Below, piece after piece: positions 30,346 to 40,617 of a DNA stretch of 64,000 nt. Source of the DNA: Microcoleaceae cyanobacterium. GTDB taxonomy: Bacteria > Cyanobacteriota > Cyanobacteriia > Cyanobacteriales > Microcoleaceae. How positions within the stretch are numbered: the first letter of the stretch is position 1; every line of letters starts with the position of its first letter. A program made the translations under genes and the position numbers. The stretch is from assembly GCA_051652765.1 (NCBI GenBank), contig JBOFUV010000130.1, forward strand, positions 1 to 64,000. Direction: 5' to 3'. Under the pieces are notes generated by a model. That model was not told the DNA's origin and ran no database searches. It saw only the letters and a program-made list of their open reading frames with translations.

Positions 30346-30738
30346 ATGAGTTTTCGAGTAGTTAGTTTTCGAGTAGTCAGTTTTCTTAATGGGTTCCAGA
30401 AAATGTTTGGAAGAGCAGTTATTTTGGGATTAATGGTTTGTCTGTTTTGGCTGTCCGGAACTGGGTTTGTATCTGCTCAAGCAGCTTCGAATTCTTCGGT
30501 GTACAGGGGAGAGATTGTTGCTCCAGAACGTTTAGCGGCTGTGATTAGTTGTTTGCCTAAGCAGTTGAGTGAGCCTAGTTTAGCTAGAGCGATCAAAGAA
30601 ATGGGGAATGACTATTTAGAGCGAACTTTTCAACTGAAGAAAAATCCAAAAGTGAGTCAGGCAGAAGCTGAGTTTGGCAGTTGTCTCAGAGATAAGGGGT
30701 ATGAGTTAAGAGTTGATCAGTTTCGTCAACAGCCTTAA
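30346..30738 (+). CDS. Hypothetical secreted protein
   Basis: Signal-like segment ending AQAA and two Cys residues. The N-terminal SFRVV duplication comes from a 15-bp repeat. Confidence 0.7.
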   Translation: MSFRVVSFRVVSFLNGFQKMFGRAVILGLMVCLFWLSGTGFVSAQAASNSSVYRGEIVAPERLAAVISCLPKQLSEPSLARAIKEMGNDYLERTFQLKKNPKVSQAEAEFGSCLRDKGYELRVDQFRQQP

Positions 30739-30808
30739 CAGCCTTAATCGGTCAACTTTGAGTTTAAAAACTTGTCAGGGAATGGGTAGATTGTCCTAGA
30801 ATAGCGAT

Positions 30809-32881
30809 ATGAAGGAACTGCTCTATCTTGAAATCCCAACTCCCGACGTTTTGAGTGTTTGCACTTGGCTCCAACAACAGTTCACTCCTGAAGTTGGAGA
30901 CAAGCAGATTACTCCAGATGGCTTTAATGTTATTCTACCGGTCACTCGGTCAGGGGCAGAGCGTCAGCTTTCAGTATTCGTTTGGTCGTTGCAGCGCACA
31001 ACTTATCTGAAGATGTTTCGGGTGGGGGAGTCCTTGGGGTCGGTTGAACGGGTTATGTTCAATCAGCTAGAGTCGGAATTGCGACAGCAGTTTCCTTATG
31101 TCTATTCTGAGCCTCCAGAGATTGATCTCTCCCAACAATCGATTTTTGAGGCTTTAGCTCCTCAGTATCCCCTTACCGTTAAGTATTTTCAAAAGATGCC
31201 CAACGGTGAAGCCGATCTCCAGCGAGCCTACTGGTGGGAGAGGCGTTGGCGACAGGGGGTACTCAATCCTCAGCACCCCCAACAGGTGATTTTTGCTGAT
31301 CAAGATGCCCAATTTGAGCCTTTAGATCCTCAGGATTTGGATTGCTCAACCTACGATTTAATCTACATTGGCGGGGCTCTGGGTGTTATCCACGCTGCCG
31401 TCATGGCGCGGTTGGGCTATCGGGTGTTGCTGATGGAGCGGTTGGCTTTTGGTCGGATGAACCGGGAATGGAATATTTCTCGCAGCGAATTGCAGAGCTT
31501 AGTTGATTTGAACTTATTCAGTCGGGCTGAGGTTGAGACGTTTGTTGCACGGGAATATCGAGACGGCTTTCATAAGTTTTTTGATGCCAACAATCCCCCC
31601 ATTGCTAAATCCCCTGTGCTGCATACTCCAACTGTTCTCAACGTGGCTCTGGATACAGAGAAATTGTTGCATCTCTGTGGTGAAAAATTGAAGCTGGCGG
31701 GGGGAGAGATTTGGGATGAGACAGAGTTTACCCAAGTGAGAGTCAGCTCTGATCATGTGATTGTTAAAGCTAGACATTTGCTAACTCAGACGCAAAAAGT
31801 AGCAATGGGACGGCTGTTAGTAGATGCCATGGGAACCGCTTCTCCCATTGCATGGCAACTGAATGGGGGGCGAGCCTTTGACAGCGTATGTCCTACCGTT
31901 GGTGCTGTGATTGAACGAGGGTTTGAACCGGGCGTGTGGGATTCCGACTACGGGGATGTGCTCAATAGTCATGGGGACATTTCACGGGGACGACAGTTGA
32001 TTTGGGAGCTGTTTCCGGGGGCTGGAGAAGAGTTGACGGTCTATTTGTTTCATTATCATCAGGTGAATCCTGAAAATCCCGGTTCCCTCCTGGAAATGTA
32101 CGAAGATTTTTTCACAATTTTACCGGAATATCGTCGATGTGATCTAGATACACTGGTTTGGAGGAAGGCAACTTTTGGTTATATTCCGGGGCATTTTAGT
32201 GTTCACGGAGGTGATCGCACGACTGCCTATGATCGGCTGATTTCTATTGGAGATGCAGCGTCTCTCCAATCTCCTTTAGTCTTTACCGGATTTGGTTCAC
32301 TGGTTCGAAATTTGTCGCGATTAACGGACTTACTCGACACGGCTTTGAAACACGATTTACTCACTGCAAAACATCTGAATCAAATTCGGGCCTATCAGAG
32401 TAACGTTGCCGTGACATGGTTATTTTCCAAGGGGATGATGGTACCGACAGGGCGACATTTTCCCCCTCAGAAAATTAATTCAATTCTCAATACATTCTTT
32501 GGAATTCTAGCAGCAGAATCAACAGAAGTTGCTGATGCTTTTATTAAAGATCGAGTTGATTGGTGGACATTTACTCGACTCGCTTTAAAGGCCGCCCGCA
32601 CGAATCCTCAATTGCTGATTTGGATCTTAGATTTTGTTACACCGGGTGAGATTGTCCGATGGGTGTTGAGCTATTTGAACTTTACCGTTTCTGCCTTCAT
32701 GAGCTGGATATTTGCCTGGTTGCCCAGTTTTGCTGATTGGGTTCAGCCCACCCTAGAACCTCGATTTCCTCAAGCGTGGCTGTGGTTACTGTCTAGAAGC
32801 TATGCGATCACCGATGGTATGGGGAGACCTCAAATACCGCATCACAAGAAGTTAAATCAAGCGGTTGTCCCTGAGAGTTGA
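30809..32881 (+). CDS. cruA: CruA-type lycopene cyclase / flavin-dependent oxidoreductase
   Basis: MKELLYLEIPTP N-terminus, YDLIYIGGALG FAD site, MNREWNISR and GDAASLQSPLVFTGFG. The length of 690 aa fits CruA better than the shorter CruP. Confidence 0.78.
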   Translation: MKELLYLEIPTPDVLSVCTWLQQQFTPEVGDKQITPDGFNVILPVTRSGAERQLSVFVWSLQRTTYLKMFRVGESLGSVERVMFNQLESELRQQFPYVYSEPPEIDLSQQSIFEALAPQYPLTVKYFQKMPNGEADLQRAYWWERRWRQGVLNPQHPQQVIFADQDAQFEPLDPQDLDCSTYDLIYIGGALGVIHAAVMARLGYRVLLMERLAFGRMNREWNISRSELQSLVDLNLFSRAEVETFVAREYRDGFHKFFDANNPPIAKSPVLHTPTVLNVALDTEKLLHLCGEKLKLAGGEIWDETEFTQVRVSSDHVIVKARHLLTQTQKVAMGRLLVDAMGTASPIAWQLNGGRAFDSVCPTVGAVIERGFEPGVWDSDYGDVLNSHGDISRGRQLIWELFPGAGEELTVYLFHYHQVNPENPGSLLEMYEDFFTILPEYRRCDLDTLVWRKATFGYIPGHFSVHGGDRTTAYDRLISIGDAASLQSPLVFTGFGSLVRNLSRLTDLLDTALKHDLLTAKHLNQIRAYQSNVAVTWLFSKGMMVPTGRHFPPQKINSILNTFFGILAAESTEVADAFIKDRVDWWTFTRLALKAARTNPQLLIWILDFVTPGEIVRWVLSYLNFTVSAFMSWIFAWLPSFADWVQPTLEPRFPQAWLWLLSRSYAITDGMGRPQIPHHKKLNQAVVPES

Positions 32882-32884
32882 GGC

Positions 32885-33880
32885 TCAATCGTGGATCTCT
32901 CCGTTTGGCATCACAGCACCCCGGAGTCTGGCCCCAACGGTCGTTGCACTACTGAGTTCCACTCGGGTGAGGTAGGTATAGCTGAGATTGGCATTTCGGA
33001 GGTTGGTTCGAGCTAGGGACGCATCCGTTAAATCAGATTGGGTGAGGTTGGCATAGCTTAAATCTGTCCGACTCAGATCAGCCCGTACTAAGTTGACTCG
33101 ACTCAAGTCCGCATAGCTGAGGTTGGCGTTGGTCAATTTGGCATCGGCCAAAATAGAGTCGGACAGCTCTACCCGCAGCAGTTGAGCCTGAATTAAGATC
33201 GCTCGCTCTAGTTTTACTTTTTTGAGATTGGCTCCAATAAATCGAGCTTCTGTTAAGTTGGCCTCCGTTAGAAAAGCAGATTGAAGATTGGCGCGGTTAA
33301 GATTGGCTTGGCTGAGATTGACTCCTCGCAAAACAGCCTCGCTCAAATTGGCCCCACTGAGATTGGCTCGGGTTAAATCTGCTCCAGTAAGGTTCACACC
33401 CCGTAGGTCTGTTCCTCGCAGATCGGCTCCTCGGAGGTTAACGCCTTCGTACATTCGGCGTTCATAGCGCATATTTGCACCGCGCAGAGAAGCGCCTCGG
33501 AGGTCGGCTCCTTGCAAGTTCACTCCCCGTAGATCCGCTTGAATCAGATTGGCATCCAGTAGAACTGCCAATGCGAGGTCAGCATAGCGCAGGTCAACCC
33601 CTTGGAGAATGGCCCCATGCAGGTCTGCATCCCTTAATTTGGCTCCACTCAAGTTGACTTTATTCAGATTTGCACCACAGAGCTTGGCCTTCACTAGGTT
33701 GGCGCGATTAAAATTGACACCGTTGAGATAGGCAAAGGTTAAATTAGCATCCTCCATGTCTGCGCCCCCCAAGTTGGCCCCAATCAAATCTGCTTGCATC
33801 AGTTCAGCCCCCCGCAGATGAATACCCTGAAAGTTCCGTTCTCCTGCTTGATATCTTGCTAGAAAGTGAGTAACGTCCAT
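32885..33880 (-). CDS. Pentapeptide repeat protein
   Basis: RYQAGERNF N-terminus, continuous A(D/N)Lxx repeats and a MPNG C-terminus. Confidence 0.95.
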   Translation of the reverse strand: MDVTHFLARYQAGERNFQGIHLRGAELMQADLIGANLGGADMEDANLTFAYLNGVNFNRANLVKAKLCGANLNKVNLSGAKLRDADLHGAILQGVDLRYADLALAVLLDANLIQADLRGVNLQGADLRGASLRGANMRYERRMYEGVNLRGADLRGTDLRGVNLTGADLTRANLSGANLSEAVLRGVNLSQANLNRANLQSAFLTEANLTEARFIGANLKKVKLERAILIQAQLLRVELSDSILADAKLTNANLSYADLSRVNLVRADLSRTDLSYANLTQSDLTDASLARTNLRNANLSYTYLTRVELSSATTVGARLRGAVMPNGEIHD

Positions 33881-33945
33881 AGGTATGACGAGCCAGAGTA
33901 CTGGTCAGAATTTAAGGAAGTGTGAACTTTTTAGTTCGTGAACTC

Positions 33946-35505
33946 TTAATTTGTAAACTCTTGAGTCCAGGCAACCGATTGACTGCCTGATTTTCGGCCA
34001 TAGATCTTAATCAATTGAATCAATGACAGATTTAAAAACATAAGTTTTTTGTGAACAAAAGGTGCCGTTAAGGCTCGATCTGGAGCCTCGGTAGAATCTA
34101 GAACAACCTGTAGGCAGTCCCCTTTGATTTGCGCTTGGGCACGAATGCCACGGGGCTTGAGAGATTGGTTGAGCAGTTGGGCGATCGCGTTACCATTTCC
34201 CTGTTGGGCAAGTTCCATCAGTTTTTGTTGATTGAGGGCTGAGGTTTTCTGAGGAGGAGGTGTTGAGGCCGCAATTGGATCAGGATCTAGGGTCTGTTCC
34301 AAGCGCGCAACATCACTATACAGCCCTTGCAGAAAAGTTCTCAAGCCTTGAGACTTTAACTCTAAACGCTGTTCCGCAGTTTGATCCTGCAAGCAGTCTG
34401 TTTCCAGGGATACATTCAGTTGATTAAATAATTCAGTGACCGAACGGTTAGCAATCCGCAGATTCCGGTCAACTGTCACTTGCACCCTCTGTTCAGCCGT
34501 GAGTTGCTGAAAATTTGGATCAGAATCTTGCTCTGGAAGATCTGAAGGCGCAAAATTTTCAGTCAGATCCTGAGCCCGATGTTCTAGCTGAGTGGCAGAC
34601 TGATCTACAGTGTTGCTATCCCAAGTCACAATTGGAGCTGTAACAATATGCACCGTTTGACTTTCACTGAAGTCAATTGCAGGGGAGCCATCCGCAGGCA
34701 TACTTAAAGATTCAACCTTAGAATCACTCAAATCTGCAAATGTAGGACTTGTAATCAAGGGGCTCAATCCCTGAATTCGATCCGGCATTGTGTCAGATAA
34801 TCCTAAAGCAACTCGACGTGCATAAAGTGGACTCAATGTCTCGATTAAAACAGTTGCAGCTTGAAGATTTTCATCAGGATGATCTAAATACTCAGCAAGT
34901 TTTTGGAGATGGGATTCAAGGCCCAGTAGAGTAGGAAAGGTATTAAAAATTTGTTGAATTAAAGCATCTAAACTTTGAGATCTCAAACGTGACCAGTCTT
35001 GTTCACTATAGCTGAATTCATGTTCCAGACTGGAAAAAAGCAACAGTTTCAGACGCAGAGGGTTACTGTGCTGCATAACATTGAACCGAATATTAATTAG
35101 CTCCTTTTCCAAAGATTCATTCGGGTTCTTGGAGGACTCTGAACTCTTCTTTACAGGCGTAATCTGTTGAGTACTTTCAGATTCTGCATCTTTAACATCC
35201 TCAAAGTATAGCTTACTAACCTGACTCAGAATGGTATTAATCACAGACGAATAATCTGATTTTTTATTGATTTTTGATAAAATATAGTCTAATAATTGAT
35301 AAAGTCGATCTAGGGTTTGAGTCTTCAGATAAAGTTCCTGAACAAGCTGCTTAACTGGGATATCGGTGAGTTTTTCCGCTTCATTTTCCCACTGCCCTCG
35401 ACAGGCACAAAACATGATCTTTTTGATCCGCCCCAGGTGGATGTCTTTTTCTAAATTTTTAACGACTTCATCCAGTTTTAATGATGACATTCTGCCAACC
35501 TCCAT
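33946..35505 (-). CDS. Hypothetical multidomain cyanobacterial protein
   Basis: 519-aa ORF with two related N-terminal helical units (RIKKIMF / RLKLLLF) and a C-terminal LAQQGN..AIA...KIYGRKSG...AW domain. Confidence 0.75.
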   Translation of the reverse strand: MEVGRMSSLKLDEVVKNLEKDIHLGRIKKIMFCACRGQWENEAEKLTDIPVKQLVQELYLKTQTLDRLYQLLDYILSKINKKSDYSSVINTILSQVSKLYFEDVKDAESESTQQITPVKKSSESSKNPNESLEKELINIRFNVMQHSNPLRLKLLLFSSLEHEFSYSEQDWSRLRSQSLDALIQQIFNTFPTLLGLESHLQKLAEYLDHPDENLQAATVLIETLSPLYARRVALGLSDTMPDRIQGLSPLITSPTFADLSDSKVESLSMPADGSPAIDFSESQTVHIVTAPIVTWDSNTVDQSATQLEHRAQDLTENFAPSDLPEQDSDPNFQQLTAEQRVQVTVDRNLRIANRSVTELFNQLNVSLETDCLQDQTAEQRLELKSQGLRTFLQGLYSDVARLEQTLDPDPIAASTPPPQKTSALNQQKLMELAQQGNGNAIAQLLNQSLKPRGIRAQAQIKGDCLQVVLDSTEAPDRALTAPFVHKKLMFLNLSLIQLIKIYGRKSGSQSVAWTQEFTN

Positions 35506-35801
35506 CCCTAGGAAGACCAGATCAAGACTTATAGTGAATAATGAATCAGTTCAAGATTGGAGTAAAAACCGAAAATCTTAGAACTTTGCTGAAATCCTGG
35601 CACAAATTCCCAATATCTTCGTCAACTTCTCTCACTCATAAAACGTTATGACTTACCTTAAATTTTAAAGTGAGGGACTGACTTCTCTCAACTTTTGCTA
35701 GTTTTTCGTTGCATGTCACAGGGGTCTGAGAGGTAGGATATGGGACAGAGTCTGTGCCAATTCTATCTGGTACAACTGAAAATTGCTGTAACGGTTGACC
35801 C

Positions 35802-37307
35802 ATGGCAAACTTCGATGTAATTGTGATTGGCAGCGGGATTGGTGGCTTGGTCGCGGGTGCTCTCCTGGCAAAATATGGCCAGAAAATCCTAGTTGCTGAA
35901 AGTCACACCTATCCAGGTGGAGCAGCTCATTGCTTTTCTCGACAAGGGTTTGTGTTTGACTCTGGGCCTTCATTTTATTGTGGATTAGCCGACCCGAATA
36001 GTGTAAATCCTCTACAACAGGTTTTGAACGTTCTGGGAGAATCCTTAGCGGTTGTGGCCTATGACCCCTTGGGACATTATCACTTTCCCGAAGGCAGTTT
36101 ACCCATCTATGGTCAAAGCGCCCAATATCGAGCGGCAGTTGCCCAGTTTACCCCACAGGGCGCGATTGAACTCGAACGATTTGAACAACGCCTGTTGAAC
36201 CTGTATGAAGGCTTGCGGGAAATTCCAACGATAGCATTGAGGGCGGATTGGCAAGTGCTCCCGATTTTAGTGGGACGCTATGGTTGGCCCCTGATGAAAT
36301 TACTAATGCAGGTTAGGGAGATTTCCGGCTCTACAGGACGAATTCTGGATCAAACCGTGTCCGATCCCTGGGTACGACGACTGATTGATTTAGAATGTTT
36401 TTTGCTTTCTGGGCTAAAAGCTGAAGGCACAATTGCAGCTGAAATGGCCTTTATGTTTGGCGAACGCACTCGGGTAGCAATTGAATACCCCATTGGCGGT
36501 AGTGGGGCTATTATTAATGCCTTAGTTCGAGGACTGAATCGCTGGGGCGGAGAACTGCGCCTCAATGCCCATGTCGAGAAAATTTTAGTTCAGGACAATC
36601 AAGTTCAAGGCGTTCAGTTCCGCAATGGCGAGACCCTTGCTGCCCCCGTTGTGATTTCTAACGCCACAATCTGGGATACCGTGAACCAGTTGTTAAATCC
36701 TGAAGATTTGCCGCCCCACTATCGCACCCAAGCCCTAGACACCCCAGCCGTGGAGAGCTTCATGCATCTGCATTTGGGAATTCGAGCGGAGGGCTTAGAA
36801 TCCCTCACCGGTCATCATGTGGTCGTTCATCATGGCCATCAAGACCTTACAACTCCAGGAAACACCTGCATGATTTCTATTCCGTCGGTCTGGGATAGCA
36901 ACCTGGCACCGCCGAACCATCATGTTGTTCATGCCTACACCCTGGAACCCTACGAAAATTGGCAATTCTTTGATGGGCAAGAGAATCCAACTTACAAGGA
37001 ACGGAAGCGAGAGCGATCGCAATCTTTGTTCAAAGCCCTGGAGCGAGTCATCCCGGATATTCGCAGTCGGGTTGTATTAGAGCTGATTGGAACCCCCTTA
37101 ACCCATGCTCGCTTCCTGCGACGGCATCAGGGAACCTATGGGCCTGCCATTGTCCCAGGTCAAGGGAGATTTCCAGGGCCTCAGACTCCGATTCAGGGGT
37201 TGTATCGGGTGGGAGACAGTACCCTGCCTGGAATTGGGGTTCCAGCAGTGGCCGCATCTGGAATTTTGTGTGCTAATACCTTGAAAGACAAATTTTCAAA
37301 AAAATAG
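35802..37307 (+). CDS. Phytoene desaturase / carotenoid isomerase-like FAD oxidoreductase
   Basis: VIVIGSGIGGL, FDSGPS, GTPLTHARF and GDSTLPGIGVPAVAASG. Confidence 0.88.
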   Translation: MANFDVIVIGSGIGGLVAGALLAKYGQKILVAESHTYPGGAAHCFSRQGFVFDSGPSFYCGLADPNSVNPLQQVLNVLGESLAVVAYDPLGHYHFPEGSLPIYGQSAQYRAAVAQFTPQGAIELERFEQRLLNLYEGLREIPTIALRADWQVLPILVGRYGWPLMKLLMQVREISGSTGRILDQTVSDPWVRRLIDLECFLLSGLKAEGTIAAEMAFMFGERTRVAIEYPIGGSGAIINALVRGLNRWGGELRLNAHVEKILVQDNQVQGVQFRNGETLAAPVVISNATIWDTVNQLLNPEDLPPHYRTQALDTPAVESFMHLHLGIRAEGLESLTGHHVVVHHGHQDLTTPGNTCMISIPSVWDSNLAPPNHHVVHAYTLEPYENWQFFDGQENPTYKERKRERSQSLFKALERVIPDIRSRVVLELIGTPLTHARFLRRHQGTYGPAIVPGQGRFPGPQTPIQGLYRVGDSTLPGIGVPAVAASGILCANTLKDKFSKK

Positions 37308-37459
37308 ACCCGTTGTCAAGGGTTGATCAGTGATTAGAGTGTTGGGAAAACCTCACCTAACTTCTCTCGAATCTCTCGTTAAAGTAATAATTGTTAACAA
37401 AAATTTATCGACTCTCTTGGGATAGGGTTGAAGGAATCGGGTTGAAGGAGTAAGGATCT

Positions 37460-38155
37460 TTGAAAGGTAGACAGGTTTTATTGACAGGGGGCACAGGGGG
37501 GCTAGGCTTGGGCGTTACCCCTCTCGTTGTAGCTCGGGGGGCAAAAGTGACCATTCCCTATCACAACGAGACAGAAGTTGAACGGTTAAAAGGAATACTT
37601 TCACCCACAGACTTTGAAAGTATTCGCTTTGTGGCGGTTGATCTGACGGATGAGTCCGCCGTAGAAAAGCTCGTAAATGATATGGGACGAGTCGATGTCC
37701 TGATTCATTTGGTGGGTGGATTCTCCATGGGAAACGTTCATGAATACCCCTACGCAGACTGGAAGAAAGACTTCCTGTTGAACTTAGATACAACATTTCT
37801 GGTTTGCAAACACAGTTTGGGCAAAATGCGACAACACGGGTATGGACGGATTGTTACTGTAGGTTCACGGGGTGCTGTTGAACCGACAGGACAACTCGCT
37901 GCCTATTGTGCTGCCAAAGCTGGAGTAGTTGCCCTGACAAAGGCGATCGCCGCTGAAACCAAGGGCACGAATATTACTGCCAACTGCGTCCTGCCCAGTG
38001 TGATTGATACTCCAGGCAACCGAGCTGCTATGGGGAGTGAACAAGCCGATCAGTGGGTTAAACCGGAGTCCCTCGGAGAAGTCATTTGTTTCTTGGCTGC
38101 CGATGCCGCCCAAGACATTCGCGGTGCTGCCGTTCCAGTTTATGGCAACATTTAG
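37460..38155 (+). CDS. Short-chain dehydrogenase/reductase (FabG-like)
   Basis: TGGTGGLG, catalytic YCAAK and PSVIDT. TTG start with an AAGGAG RBS. Confidence 0.88.
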   Translation: MKGRQVLLTGGTGGLGLGVTPLVVARGAKVTIPYHNETEVERLKGILSPTDFESIRFVAVDLTDESAVEKLVNDMGRVDVLIHLVGGFSMGNVHEYPYADWKKDFLLNLDTTFLVCKHSLGKMRQHGYGRIVTVGSRGAVEPTGQLAAYCAAKAGVVALTKAIAAETKGTNITANCVLPSVIDTPGNRAAMGSEQADQWVKPESLGEVICFLAADAAQDIRGAAVPVYGNI

Positions 38156-38216
38156 GAATCGTTAACGTTTTTTTTGAATCAAACTTAATCAAGTTTATCA
38201 AGGTGGATAAAATTTT

Positions 38217-40124
38217 ATGGCCGTTAAAGATGAAAAACCAAGGTTTCCGAGAAATCTTCCCGTTGGCAGCATCTTGCTTTGGACAGCAGGTTTAATTTTT
38301 CTCGTCAATAGTTTTCTCCCCAATTTATTTGGCCCCCAAATTCCTCGGGTGCCTTACAGTCTGTTCATCAATCAAGTTCAAGATGGCAAAGTTGAACAAG
38401 CCTACATTGGCCAGGATCAAATTCGCTATAAATTAAAGGCTGACGCTGAAGAGCAGCCCGGACAAATTCTCTCAACCACCCCAATTTTTGACCTAGAACT
38501 CCCCAAGCGTCTGGAAGACAAAGGAGTGCAGTTTGCTGCGGTTCCTCCTCCAGCAAATAACTGGTTCACTACTCTGTTAAGTTGGGTGGTTCCGCCCCTA
38601 ATTTTTGTGGGGATTTGGTTGGGAATTGGCCGGGTTCTACAAGGGCGGGGCGGTGGTTTTGGCGGCCCTCAGGGAGCGTTGTCAATCACCAAGAGCCGCG
38701 CCAAAGTTTACGTTGAAAATGAGGCCACAAAAGTCACGTTCAACGACGTAGCGGGTGTCGAAGAAGCCAAAGAAGAGTTGGAGGAAGTGGTCGAGTTTCT
38801 CAAGTCGCCCCAACGGTTCACCCAGATTGGGGCCCGAATTCCGAAGGGAGTGCTGCTGGTTGGCCCCCCTGGAACGGGAAAAACCCTGTTAGCCAAGGCT
38901 GTGGCCGGGGAAGCTGGGGTTCCGTTTTTTAGTATTTCCGGCTCAGAATTTGTGGAGCTGTTTGTTGGGGCCGGGGCAGCTCGGGTAAGGGATTTATTTG
39001 AACAGGCCAAGAAAAAAGCACCCTGCATTATCTTTATTGACGAACTTGATGCCATCGGCAGATCCCGTTCCAGCAGCGGCATGTACGGTGGTAATGACGA
39101 GCGCGAACAAACCCTCAACCAGCTTCTGACTGAAATGGATGGGTTTGCGGCGGGAGATGCAACGGTAATTGTATTGGCTGCAACCAACCGTCCTGAAATC
39201 CTTGATCCAGCATTGTTGCGCCCTGGACGTTTTGACCGTCAGGTCTTGGTGGATCGGCCTGAATTGTCAGGTCGGTTGAAGATTTTAGAAATCTATGCCA
39301 AAAAGGTGAAGCTCGGAGACAATGTGGACTTGAAGGCGCTCGCCACTCGGACTCCTGGATTCTCCGGGGCAGATTTGTCTAACCTGGTGAATGAAGCCGC
39401 GCTGTTAGCCGCCCGAAATAAGCGGGAAACTGTAAGTCAGGCAGACTTTGCCGAAGCCATTGAGCGGGTTGTGGCGGGCTTGGAGAAAAAGAGTCGGGTC
39501 TTGAACGAGAAAGAAAAGAAAATTGTTGCCTATCACGAAGTGGGTCATGCCCTAGTTGGGGCGGCAACAGGTGCGCCGGAGAAAATTGCTAAAATCTCCA
39601 TTGTGCCTCGCGGTATGGCGGCTTTAGGTTACACCTTGCAATTGCCAACGGAAGATCGGTTCTTGCTCAGTGCCGAAGAAATTCAGGCTGAAATCGCCAC
39701 CCTGTTGGGAGGACGTTCAGCAGAAGAAGTGATCTTCGGCAGTATTACCACGGGAGCCGCCAATGATCTGCAACGGGCAACGGACTTAGCGGAACGGATG
39801 GTAACGACCTATGGCATGAGCAAGGTTTTGGGGCCATTGGCCTATGAAAAAGGTCAACAGAACACGTTTCTGGGAGATAACATGATGATGAATCCCCGCC
39901 GGAATGTCAGTGATGAAACGGCCAGGGCGATTGACAGCGAAGTCAAGGAAATTGTCGAGCAAGGTCACCAAAAAGCCCTGGAGATTCTGACAGCCAATCG
40001 GGATTTGCTGGAAACCATTGCTCAAAAGATTCTTGAAATTGAGGTGATAGAAGGCAAAGATCTGCAAGAGTTACTCACTCAAGTTCAATCTGAAGACAAA
40101 GTAGCAGCAACTTCACTTCTCTAA
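38217..40124 (+). CDS. ftsH: ATP-dependent zinc metalloprotease FtsH (FtsH4-type)
   Basis: Two TM helices, [25 protein letters not shown] and HEVGH. The N-terminal PRVPYSLFI segment is typical of cyanobacterial FtsH4. Confidence 0.95.
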   Translation: MAVKDEKPRFPRNLPVGSILLWTAGLIFLVNSFLPNLFGPQIPRVPYSLFINQVQDGKVEQAYIGQDQIRYKLKADAEEQPGQILSTTPIFDLELPKRLEDKGVQFAAVPPPANNWFTTLLSWVVPPLIFVGIWLGIGRVLQGRGGGFGGPQGALSITKSRAKVYVENEATKVTFNDVAGVEEAKEELEEVVEFLKSPQRFTQIGARIPKGVLLVGPPGTGKTLLAKAVAGEAGVPFFSISGSEFVELFVGAGAARVRDLFEQAKKKAPCIIFIDELDAIGRSRSSSGMYGGNDEREQTLNQLLTEMDGFAAGDATVIVLAATNRPEILDPALLRPGRFDRQVLVDRPELSGRLKILEIYAKKVKLGDNVDLKALATRTPGFSGADLSNLVNEAALLAARNKRETVSQADFAEAIERVVAGLEKKSRVLNEKEKKIVAYHEVGHALVGAATGAPEKIAKISIVPRGMAALGYTLQLPTEDRFLLSAEEIQAEIATLLGGRSAEEVIFGSITTGAANDLQRATDLAERMVTTYGMSKVLGPLAYEKGQQNTFLGDNMMMNPRRNVSDETARAIDSEVKEIVEQGHQKALEILTANRDLLETIAQKILEIEVIEGKDLQELLTQVQSEDKVAATSLL

Positions 40125-40370
40125 CCGCACGGCGTACCACTGAAGATATTCTTCAGGGCCAAGGTCAAAATCACAACAGTTACTCCGCAAATATTGGGCC
40201 TGTTCTGGGACGGTTGCAAACTTCTGAACGTCTCGGGGCAGGCTGTCCTGTTGGCTAGAAAGCATCGCGATCAGCTTTTCCAAGAGTTCGGCGGCAGTCA
40301 TGATCTCCTCGGGTTGACCGGATTGCAGCACAACAAAATAGTCTTCGGAATACATCAGAGGGTTTGACAT
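40113..40370 (-). CDS. crr7: Chlororespiratory reduction 7 (CRR7) family protein
   Basis: [15 protein letters not shown]...EEIMT...LPRDVQKF...[11 protein letters not shown]. Overlaps the ftsH stop by 12 nt. Confidence 0.85.
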   Translation of the reverse strand: MSNPLMYSEDYFVVLQSGQPEEIMTAAELLEKLIAMLSSQQDSLPRDVQKFATVPEQAQYLRSNCCDFDLGPEEYLQWYAVRLEK

Positions 40371-40617
40371 GGTTATACTTCTGTTTGTAACTTTATTTGT
40401 ACTTTTGTTAACTCTTAAATCTTGATTGTACTGGGCTAGACTCCAGTCAGAATGAGGGACAATGTCCAGAGGTCTCATGTTAGGATGAGAAATACTGCTG
40501 AATCCCGACCGGATTACCGAAGTTACTCACGTTGGTTCTTAAATCTAGGGTCTGGACAGGATTCTATCCAGATTCAACCTTTGAATTCTATCGGTTAAAC
40601 TAAAGCAAATTAAAATT

